Shown here in pieces: positions 18,373-25,538 of a stretch of DNA of 25,538 nucleotides. Under the pieces are notes generated by a model. The model had not been told where the DNA came from, did no database searches, and worked only from the letters and a program-made list of their open reading frames with translations. This stretch comes from Acaryochloridaceae cyanobacterium VAR_48_metabat_390 (lineage in GTDB: Bacteria > Cyanobacteriota > Cyanobacteriia > Thermosynechococcales > Thermosynechococcaceae). The number at the start of each line of letters is the position of its first letter. Within the stretch, counting starts at the first letter, position 1. The position numbers were made by a program, and so were the translations under genes. The stretch spans positions 1-25,538 of the forward strand of contig JANPLU010000018.1 in the NCBI GenBank assembly GCA_031422435.1. The letters run 5' to 3'.

Positions 18373-19104
18373 ATGTCAAACACTCATTTTGACTGTCAAG
18401 AACGGCACGTTTTAGTGATTCATGATGGCAAACGACGGGCGATCGCCCTAGAAGCTGCAGCCTATTCAATCGGGCGTGATCCATCAAACGCCATTGTGAT
18501 TGATGCTGACATAATGTCTCGTCAGCACGCTATCTTACTGAGGGTTCCGGTGCCAGGAAAACATCAGTATCGCTACCGAGTTATAGACGGTAACTTGGAG
18601 GGTAAGCCCAGCGCCAATGGCGTCTTTGCCAATGGCAAAAAAATTGGCACTTGTGACCTCGTGAATGGGGATGTCATTCGATTTGGGCAAACCATCGAGG
18701 CGTCTTACCTTACGGTCTCCATGGGCAAAGAAGAATTTAGTCACTACCTAGAGGGTATTTCCTATCAGCGTATTAAGTCTGAGACGGTTAATGCCAAAGA
18801 AACTTTGGTTGCAAATTGCTTTATGGAAGAAGATTTGAGCACAGCCGCAGCAGTGGCGGCTCTGCCGACTCAGGTAAAATCTAGCCCCCAAAACAGGTTG
18901 TCTGCACCTTTGACAGAAACCCTTCATGAGGAGAGCAGGGTTAGTTTGGGTGCCTTACCGTGGAAGTTCGTTATTCCTGGCGCGCTGTTTGCAGTGAGCG
19001 TCATTGCTGGCTTCTGGATCTTAGCGTCCCAGTCCCGTCCTGCTCAATCCTCTGCTGAAACACGTTACCCAGCGCCGGCAATTCAGCCGAGTTCCACAAA
19101 ATAG
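18373..19104 (+). CDS. FHA-domain protein with C-terminal transmembrane segment
   Basis: SIGRD, SRQHA, SANGVFANG, GDVIRFG; hydrophobic FVIPGALFAVSVIAGFWIL. Confidence 0.88.
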   Translation: MSNTHFDCQERHVLVIHDGKRRAIALEAAAYSIGRDPSNAIVIDADIMSRQHAILLRVPVPGKHQYRYRVIDGNLEGKPSANGVFANGKKIGTCDLVNGDVIRFGQTIEASYLTVSMGKEEFSHYLEGISYQRIKSETVNAKETLVANCFMEEDLSTAAAVAALPTQVKSSPQNRLSAPLTETLHEESRVSLGALPWKFVIPGALFAVSVIAGFWILASQSRPAQSSAETRYPAPAIQPSSTK

Positions 19105-19159
19105 AGGACGGTGTCCAAATCGCTGTGGCAAGTCAATCGCGTCAGTCCCCTGAGGAATG

Positions 19160-20170
19160 CTAGACGCGGTAATATTCTCGGTACCACTGCACAAATTTTT
19201 GAAGCCCCACTTCAATCGGCGTATTGGGTCTAAAGTCAAAGTCTCGTGCTAGATCTTCTATGTCAGCATAGGTTGAGAGGACTTCACCAGGCTGCATTGG
19301 CAGCAGATTTTTGGCAGCGGTCTTCCCCAAAAGCTGCTCTAGCAGCTCAATGAATCTGAGGAGCTGAACGGGGGTATGGTTGCCGATATTGTATAAACGA
19401 TAGGGAGGAGAAGATAAGACCTGAATGCACTCCAACGCTTTGGACGGCTGAGGTTTAGCCTTGGGTGGACAGGCCAAAATTCGGGTTAAGGCTTCAGTAA
19501 TATCGTCAATGTACGTAAAATCTCGCTCCATGCTGCCAAAGTTATACACGTCAATAGGCTGACCCGCCAAGATGGACTTCACGAACTTAAAGTAGGCCAT
19601 GTCGGGGCGTCCCCAAGGGCCATAGACGGTGAAAAAGCGTAGACCCGTTATGGGAATTTGGTAAAGATGGCTATAGGTATAGGCGAGTAGCTCATTTGCT
19701 TTCTTCGTGGCGGCGTAGAGAGAAATGGGACGATCCACGTTATCCGTCACGGAGAACGGAACTTTGGTATTGGCTCCATAGACAGAGCTGGAGGAGGCAA
19801 ATACGAGGTGTTTGACGGGGTGATGGCGGCAGTTTTCAAGTAGGTTAGTGAAACCCAAAATGTTGCTATCAATGTAGGTAAACGGGTTATCTAGAGAATA
19901 TCGCACACCCGCTTGAGCGGCTAGGTTGATAACAATATCAAAAGCCTGCTGTTGAAAGAGGGTACCCAATGCCTCTCGGTTCGCTAGGTCTATCGGTTCA
20001 AAGGTGAACTTTGCAAAGGATGCTAGCTGCGCCAGCCGATCTTTCTTGAGAGTAATGTCATAGTAAGTGTTGAGATTATCAATGCCGTAGACGGTTTCAC
20101 CATCGCTCAGTAAACGGTGGGCAAGGTGATAGCCAATAAATCCGGCAACGCCTGTAATTAAGATACTCAT
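19160..20170 (-). CDS. NAD-dependent epimerase (UDP-glucuronate 4-epimerase-like)
   Basis: TGVAGFIG, LAAQAGVRYS, ASSSSVYG, YAATKK, RFFTVYGPWGRPDMA. Confidence 0.93.
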   Translation of the reverse strand: MSILITGVAGFIGYHLAHRLLSDGETVYGIDNLNTYYDITLKKDRLAQLASFAKFTFEPIDLANREALGTLFQQQAFDIVINLAAQAGVRYSLDNPFTYIDSNILGFTNLLENCRHHPVKHLVFASSSSVYGANTKVPFSVTDNVDRPISLYAATKKANELLAYTYSHLYQIPITGLRFFTVYGPWGRPDMAYFKFVKSILAGQPIDVYNFGSMERDFTYIDDITEALTRILACPPKAKPQPSKALECIQVLSSPPYRLYNIGNHTPVQLLRFIELLEQLLGKTAAKNLLPMQPGEVLSTYADIEDLARDFDFRPNTPIEVGLQKFVQWYREYYRV

Positions 20171-20234
20171 AACTTGTAGAAGGCAATATTGTTAGAAGCG
20201 ATCGCCCAGTCCATCGCAGCTCGTAATCTCTGCA

Positions 20235-21071
20235 TTAGGTTAGAGCAACTAGGGCGACACCCAGGCCAATCACAAGGCTGCCCATCAGGCGACCGGGCAC
20301 AACCTGTTCATGAAGAATATACCGCGCGCCTAGTAAGCTCACAGCATAGGTTAAGGCCGTTGTGGGGCGGACGTAGCTCACGTCCGCCCAGCTCAACAGA
20401 CACAGGAAGGCAAAAAAGGCGATCGCCTGAGCGCCAATGCCCTGCAAAATTGAAGGGCTGAGCAAAATCTGCCGTCCAACCTTCAGAAATTCGGACGGTG
20501 ACATTTTTAGACTAATCCAGCCAATCTGTTTCATGCCTTTTGCTAAGAGTACGTCTCCTGTTGCATCAGCCAAAACCAGAACGGCTAAGCCCAACCAAAC
20601 GGGCGATACGGTCGTGGTCGCCGTCAAGAGAAACAGTGGTGCGGGCAGAGACTTGTTGGGGTTCCACTTCCTTTTGTCCGGCTGGAGCGGCGGCGGGTGA
20701 TGACCACTGCGGTTAATGAGATAAACCCCTGCCGCGACCATGATGGTTGCCACCCAGCGCAGAACCGAAATGTGTTCCCCTAAAAGCATCCAAGCAAAAA
20801 AGGCGTTGAAGACATACCCAGAAGCGTGAATGGGCAGCACATAGCTCAGGTCAAAGCGAGAGATTGCTACGAGGTAAAACCCTAGCGACAACACTAAAGT
20901 TATCACTCCCACCACAATTGAAGGACTCGTCAGCAGGTAGCCCATGAGATTCAAGATGGCATCGGGAGTGAGAGACTGAACTGCCCCAAACAATTTCATC
21001 CCATTGCTGAGCCACAGGTCACCAAAGACCTGAGTTACCACCATCAATATTAAAATTAGTCCATTGATCAA
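20235..21071 (-). CDS. EamA/DMT-superfamily transporter with two internal repeats
   Basis: Two homologous 4-TM halves (GDLWLSNGMK...DLSYVLP and GDVLLAKGMK...DVSYVRP) joined by a Pro-rich linker; TTG start with GGAG upstream. Confidence 0.85.
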   Translation of the reverse strand: MINGLILILMVVTQVFGDLWLSNGMKLFGAVQSLTPDAILNLMGYLLTSPSIVVGVITLVLSLGFYLVAISRFDLSYVLPIHASGYVFNAFFAWMLLGEHISVLRWVATIMVAAGVYLINRSGHHPPPLQPDKRKWNPNKSLPAPLFLLTATTTVSPVWLGLAVLVLADATGDVLLAKGMKQIGWISLKMSPSEFLKVGRQILLSPSILQGIGAQAIAFFAFLCLLSWADVSYVRPTTALTYAVSLLGARYILHEQVVPGRLMGSLVIGLGVALVALT

Positions 21072-21304
21072 GGCTATTTAGCCGTCTCCAGGGCGGTTCG
21101 ATACGCTTGTTGTCCCATCGAAGACCTGTTCCTCCAAAAGCACCCTACCACGGCGTGTCTGCGTTTAAGATTTTGCGACTGGGGTTTACGATTGTTTGAC
21201 TGGGTTCAAGCTCTGACGGTCAAGCCTCATGGACGACATGACCTAGTCAATGAGTGCCGTAAGATAATTTCTGAGAACAGACGCACTTTTCTTTTGGTTC
21301 AGCT

Positions 21305-21709
21305 CTAGAAATTGGTCGAAATGGCCTCAACTGGACAAGTAGGCACACACTGCTCGCACACAATACAGCGCGATCGCGTGAAGTTTAGCATAAAGGTTTT
21401 AGGGTCTAGAGACAGCGCCTCGGTGGGGCATACGCCTGTACATAGACCGCAGTGCACACAAGACTCCTCGTCAATTAAAATTTCGCGGTTGGCGAGGGAA
21501 ACCCCTACGTCCTGTGATCGCAGCCAGTCTAAGGCCGCATCAAGCTGGTCAATATCCCCTGCTAGCTCCACCACCACCTTCCCCACTTGGTTGGGTGCAA
21601 CCTGTGCCCGAATAATATTAGCGGCAACATTAAAGTCTTTTGCCAACCGATAGGTAACGGGCATTTGCACCATCCGGCGCGGAAATGTGAGAGTAACGCG
21701 CTTTTTCAC
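21305..21709 (-). CDS. NIL-domain 2x[4Fe-4S] ferredoxin (Fed9-like)
   Basis: N-terminal NIL domain (FNVAANII), then CVHCGLCTGVCP and CIVCEQCVPTCP; 134 aa, GTG start. Confidence 0.92.
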   Translation of the reverse strand: MKKRVTLTFPRRMVQMPVTYRLAKDFNVAANIIRAQVAPNQVGKVVVELAGDIDQLDAALDWLRSQDVGVSLANREILIDEESCVHCGLCTGVCPTEALSLDPKTFMLNFTRSRCIVCEQCVPTCPVEAISTNF

Positions 21710-21813
21710 GGGAGTTTAGTCAAAGTATTTTCTCTGGGTCAATCTAACCTATCGTACCTAACTTAAATTCGTGGGAATGGATCTGACCTTGGGTACTCCC
21801 AAAGGGCTAGGAA

Positions 21814-23052
21814 TTAGGATCCTTTGGCATTGGATTCTGGCAAGACTGCCTTAGCTATTTCCTGAAGCTGAAAAGATGCCGGAAATACGCCTTCTTCCTT
21901 GATTCGCACAATATCTTCTGACGGGATTTGCAGATTCATCTGAGCGCCCACCGCTCGTACAATATCGCCTCGATCAATAATGCCCGCCACCGCATCAGCA
22001 GGAGAAAGCACCGTAATAAAAGAGAGCTGCTCCTGTTCAAGGCGCTGAATAACCTCCGGCAGAAAAGTAGTTTCACGGACGGTCGGTATCTCTGTAAGCG
22101 CATGGGCAATCTCTTTCACGCGACGTGCATCCCATTCACTGCGCTCTAGGGTGTTGAGGTCATCGACATCGATCCAACCCCGATACCGTCCGCCAGAGGC
22201 TGCAAAGTAGGCGGGTGCGTGAACCACCTCAACAACGTAGCTATCGGCAAACGATCGCACAGACTGCTCCGCATCCACCACCCGAAAGTCTCGCGTCATG
22301 GCATCTTTAGCCTGGATCTTAAGCAAACCTTCTTGCAAATCTGTAAAACGATCGTAACGAGAAGCCGTGCGCAGCCCAAACCAACCCAGCAGCGCAATCC
22401 AAATGCCGCCGACCTGCCCCAAAAGCAGCGTTGTTAGCAGACCCAAAACAATGGCTATTAGCCCTAATGCTTGCCCAGCTCGCGCTGCCCAATGAACCCC
22501 CTTAAACCGACTGCCTGTCACCTTCCAAATCACGGCTTTTAAAACTTGCCCACCATCTAAAGGCAAGCCTGGAATCAGGTTAAAAAGCGCCAGTACCAAG
22601 TTCATGTGGGACAGGTCATTGCTAATGACGTGCCAGGGGGTTTGAGGAGCCGTAAACTGGCTCAGACCCGCCATTAAGCCAAAAATGCTTAGGCTGACCA
22701 GAGGACCGGCGATCGCCACCCAAAAGGCTTTTTCTGGCGTTCGGGCTTCGCTATCAATAGAGGCAATTCCCCCAAACAAAAATAGGGTAATGGAATTAAC
22801 CTTAGTGCCCTGAGATTTTGCGACTAGGCTATGACCCAGCTCATGGAGTAAAACCGATGCAAACAGCAGCAAAGCCATTGCAAAGCCTGCCCCCCAAGCT
22901 TGCCAGGGTTCCCACACAGGATATTCTTCTTGCCAAGCCAGGCCATTTGCGAGGGTTACTAACCCCACAATAAACAGCCAGGATGAGTCAATAATCAGCG
23001 GAATGTCGAAGATCGACCCGATTTGCCAACCCGAACGAGTACGCCCTTGCAT
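21814..23052 (-). CDS. Site-2 protease (M50) with CBS domains
   Basis: HELGH, AGPLVS, FNLIPGLPLDGG, C-terminal CBS pair. Start at 23052 or 23058. Confidence 0.92.
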   Translation of the reverse strand: MQGRTRSGWQIGSIFDIPLIIDSSWLFIVGLVTLANGLAWQEEYPVWEPWQAWGAGFAMALLLFASVLLHELGHSLVAKSQGTKVNSITLFLFGGIASIDSEARTPEKAFWVAIAGPLVSLSIFGLMAGLSQFTAPQTPWHVISNDLSHMNLVLALFNLIPGLPLDGGQVLKAVIWKVTGSRFKGVHWAARAGQALGLIAIVLGLLTTLLLGQVGGIWIALLGWFGLRTASRYDRFTDLQEGLLKIQAKDAMTRDFRVVDAEQSVRSFADSYVVEVVHAPAYFAASGGRYRGWIDVDDLNTLERSEWDARRVKEIAHALTEIPTVRETTFLPEVIQRLEQEQLSFITVLSPADAVAGIIDRGDIVRAVGAQMNLQIPSEDIVRIKEEGVFPASFQLQEIAKAVLPESNAKGS

Positions 23053-23375
23053 TGCCATAGCCTTTGTCAAAATTGACTGTAATGTTTTGAGCCGTCAAAG
23101 TGAGCAAAATCAACCCATAGCTCTATGGTAGATAATCTTACGGAACATGCCCGTTGATTTCTGTTGCCCCTACGGAATGCATCAATAATTTATTTGGATG
23201 CGGCCTTTAATCATCCGTTTCTCCCTCTTTTGACTGAGAAAAGAGACCTTCTTTTTAGAGAAACTGAAACAGAACAAAGTGTTTTGCCCTCGTTTACTCA
23301 TCTGAGTAATTGTGCTTGGGGGTTCAGTTACGGCAACCCGTATCGTCAAGGTGGTTACGATCTATCGCTCAAATT

Positions 23376-23393
23376 GTTAAGTTTGTTTACATA
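23376..23393 (+). promoter_or_regulatory. HLR1-like (RpaB) direct repeat upstream of ftsH4
   Basis: GTTAAGTT-TG-TTTACATA against the consensus (G/T)TTACA(T/A)(T/A)-N2-(G/T)TTACA(T/A)(T/A); second half-site perfect, first with 2 mismatches. Confidence 0.55.
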
Positions 23394-23501
23394 AATTAAT
23401 TTTGCCGCAAAAAGATTGCCGTCAGCCCAGTCCATACCCAATAGAGTTGACCCTCAAAACAGCTTTTCACTTCACCGCACGCCAAAGGATAGGCAGTACC
23501 G

Positions 23502-25385
23502 ATGAGCATTAAAGACAAGCCAAAACCCTCCCGCTCCAGACTCATTGGCAACATATTGCTGGGGGTATCAGGGCTATTTCTTCTTGGAAACCTATTTCTG
23601 CCTGCGTTACTGGGTCCGCGTCCTACGGGTGCGCCCTACAGCCTATTTATTCATCAGGTGCAAGAAGGAGAAGTAAGCCAGGTTTCTGTAGGTCAAAACC
23701 AGATTTTGTACCAGCTCAAGGGCGCAAACGGAGAACCTGGGCAAGTTTTAACCACAACTCCTATCTTTGATTTAGAGTTGCCCAAGCTTCTAGAGTCTAA
23801 GGGAATTGAATTTGCTGCCGCCCCGCCGCCTAAGAATGGCTGGTTTACGAGCCTATTAGGGTGGGTGATTCCGCCGCTGATTTTTGTCGCCATTTGGCAG
23901 TTTTTTGTCGCCCGTGGGGGTGGCGGTGGACAGCAAGGGGTTCTCTCCATTGGCAAGAGTAAGGCCAAGGTGTATGTAGAAGGTGAATCTGCCAAAATCA
24001 CCTTTGCTGATGTGGCTGGGGTAGAAGAAGCCAAAACAGAGCTAGTCGAAATTGTAGACTTTCTCAAAAGTCCAGCGCGCTTTACCGATATTGGCGCACG
24101 GATTCCGAAAGGAGTGCTGCTGGTAGGGCCTCCAGGCACAGGTAAAACGCTGCTGGCAAAGGCCGTCGCGGGGGAAGCTGGCGTACCGTTCTTCAGTATT
24201 TCTGGGTCTGAGTTTGTTGAAATGTTTGTGGGCGTTGGGTCTTCACGGGTGCGTGACCTCTTTGAGCAGGCCAAAAAACAGGCTCCCTGCATTATTTTTA
24301 TTGATGAACTAGATGCAATTGGCAAGTCCCGCAACAGCGGTGGATTTTACGGCGGCAATGATGAGCGGGAGCAAACGCTGAATCAGCTCTTGACCGAAAT
24401 GGATGGCTTTGCAGCAGGAGATGCAACGGTTATTGTACTTGCCGCCACCAACCGCCCTGAGAGTCTAGATTCTGCGCTCCTACGTCCTGGTCGGTTTGAC
24501 CGCCAGGTGTTAGTGGATCGCCCTGATCTTGCGGGTCGTGAGGCAATTCTCAACATTCACTCCCAAAAGGTGAAGCTGGGGGAAGATGTGAACTTGAGGG
24601 CGATCGCCACCCGTACCCCTGGTTTTGCAGGCGCAGATCTTGCCAACTTGGTCAACGAAGCGGCGCTATTGGCAGCACGGAACCATCGCTTAACCGTGGC
24701 GCAAGAAGACTTCGCCGAGGCGATCGAACGAGTGGTGGCAGGTCTAGAAAAGAAAAGCCGCGTCCTTAACGAAACGGAAAAGAAAATAGTGGCTTACCAT
24801 GAAGTGGGTCACGCCATTGTGGGCGCTATGACCACAGGCAGCGGCCGCGTTGAAAAGATCTCAATTGTGCCCCGAGGCATGGCGGCATTGGGCTACACGC
24901 TTCAGCTCCCCACCGAAGATCGGTTTTTGAAAGATGAAACTGAGCTACGCGGTGAAATTGCGACCCTCTTAGGCGGACGCTCTGCTGAAGAAATTGTGTT
25001 TGGCAGCATTACCACAGGGGCTTCTAACGATCTCCAGCGCGCCACCGATTTGGCAGAACGCATGGTCACAACCTACGGCATGAGCAAGGTGCTTGGGCCT
25101 TTGGCCTACCAGCAGGGGCAGCAGTCCATGTTTTTAGGCAACGGGGCTTCTAACCCTCGACGGGCGGTGAGCGAAGAAACCTCCCAAGCCATTGATAGAG
25201 AAGTGAAAGAGATTGTTGAAGGTGCGCATGAACAGGCTCTCTCTCTGCTCAGAAATAATCGAGACCTGCTAGAGACCATTACCGCTCAACTTCTCGAAAC
25301 TGAGGTAATTGAAGGAGAAATGCTATATGGCTTACTGGGTCAGGTTAAGGCTGTGTCCGAAGCGCCTAAAACTGTCCTTGTCTAG
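23502..25385 (+). CDS. ftsH: ATP-dependent zinc metalloprotease FtsH (FtsH4-type)
   Basis: Two TMs, [24 protein letters not shown]...[32 protein letters not shown] and [15 protein letters not shown] resemble the cyanobacterial FtsH4 clade. Confidence 0.97.
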   Translation: MSIKDKPKPSRSRLIGNILLGVSGLFLLGNLFLPALLGPRPTGAPYSLFIHQVQEGEVSQVSVGQNQILYQLKGANGEPGQVLTTTPIFDLELPKLLESKGIEFAAAPPPKNGWFTSLLGWVIPPLIFVAIWQFFVARGGGGGQQGVLSIGKSKAKVYVEGESAKITFADVAGVEEAKTELVEIVDFLKSPARFTDIGARIPKGVLLVGPPGTGKTLLAKAVAGEAGVPFFSISGSEFVEMFVGVGSSRVRDLFEQAKKQAPCIIFIDELDAIGKSRNSGGFYGGNDEREQTLNQLLTEMDGFAAGDATVIVLAATNRPESLDSALLRPGRFDRQVLVDRPDLAGREAILNIHSQKVKLGEDVNLRAIATRTPGFAGADLANLVNEAALLAARNHRLTVAQEDFAEAIERVVAGLEKKSRVLNETEKKIVAYHEVGHAIVGAMTTGSGRVEKISIVPRGMAALGYTLQLPTEDRFLKDETELRGEIATLLGGRSAEEIVFGSITTGASNDLQRATDLAERMVTTYGMSKVLGPLAYQQGQQSMFLGNGASNPRRAVSEETSQAIDREVKEIVEGAHEQALSLLRNNRDLLETITAQLLETEVIEGEMLYGLLGQVKAVSEAPKTVLV

Positions 25386-25429
25386 CTTCTAGCGGACATT
25401 AGAAACGTTCTAATCTCTCTTTCGCCCAG

Positions 25430-25468
25430 AAAGCGGGCACTACTCTAAAAGTAGTGCCCGCTTTTTTT
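25430..25468 (+). terminator. Rho-independent terminator of ftsH
   Basis: Perfect 15-bp stem AAAGCGGGCACTACT / AGTAGTGCCCGCTTT with a 5-nt loop, ending in a T7 run. Confidence 0.9.
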
Positions 25469-25538
25469 AAGCCAACGCATTGACTATTTCCTCAGAAGGG
25501 AGAGGCAGAAGTGGGCTAGTGATAAAGCACCCTGATTA

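Larger units (their letters stand above)
535..24607. repeat. Dispersed HIP1 octamer GCGATCGC
   Basis: Roughly 28-30 copies counted by eye (e.g. 535, 2209, 3320, 4398, 6027, 7028, 8524, 15329, 18317, 24600); a cyanobacterial hallmark. Confidence 0.9.

Noticed and set aside
23164..23394. 76-aa ORF in the S2P/ftsH spacer
   Set aside because: TTG start without an RBS; it spans apparent promoter elements and has no recognisable features.
23693..24334. 213-aa antisense ORF within ftsH, and similar shadow ORFs inside rca, the helicase, the GH, cax and the ferredoxin
   Set aside because: Antisense or alternative frames of well-conserved genes; no independent coding signal.
1..25538. CRISPR arrays, IS elements, tRNA/rRNA genes, prophage
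   Set aside because: No regularly spaced repeats, transposase or integrase ORFs, terminal inverted repeats or cloverleaf signatures were seen.

Overview
Cyanobacterial chromosomal segment (roughly 28-30 HIP1 octamers GCGATCGC counted by eye; cyanobacteria-typical genes such as Rubisco activase-like protein, FtsH4, DUF2808 and NIL-ferredoxin). It is mostly housekeeping and metabolic. In order: a DUF1800 tail plus DUF1501, def, Rubisco activase-like protein with a C-terminal small-subunit-like domain, a partial purine-catabolism cluster (allantoate amidohydrolase-like, uraH, uraD) split by an oppositely oriented orphan Lhr/Shango-SngC-like helicase, a three-gene operon (Zn dehydrogenase, Ap4A phosphorylase, class-V PLP enzyme), a clan GH-A glycoside hydrolase, purine PRT, bioF, cax, an FHA protein, UDP-glucuronate epimerase, a DMT transporter, ferredoxin, site-2 protease and ftsH4. 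Most notable: (1) an in-frame TGA replacing the conserved Trp right after the PLP lysine of an otherwise intact gene, directly followed by ATG; (2) an unannotated 39-aa Lys-rich microprotein with a good RBS; (3) the orphan defence-type helicase inside the purine cluster; (4) a divergent SSUL domain on the activase; (5) several candidate operators. I found no mobile elements, CRISPR arrays, rRNA or tRNA genes, and no complete novel multi-gene system can be supported from sequence alone. All family assignments come from motif recognition, not database searches.
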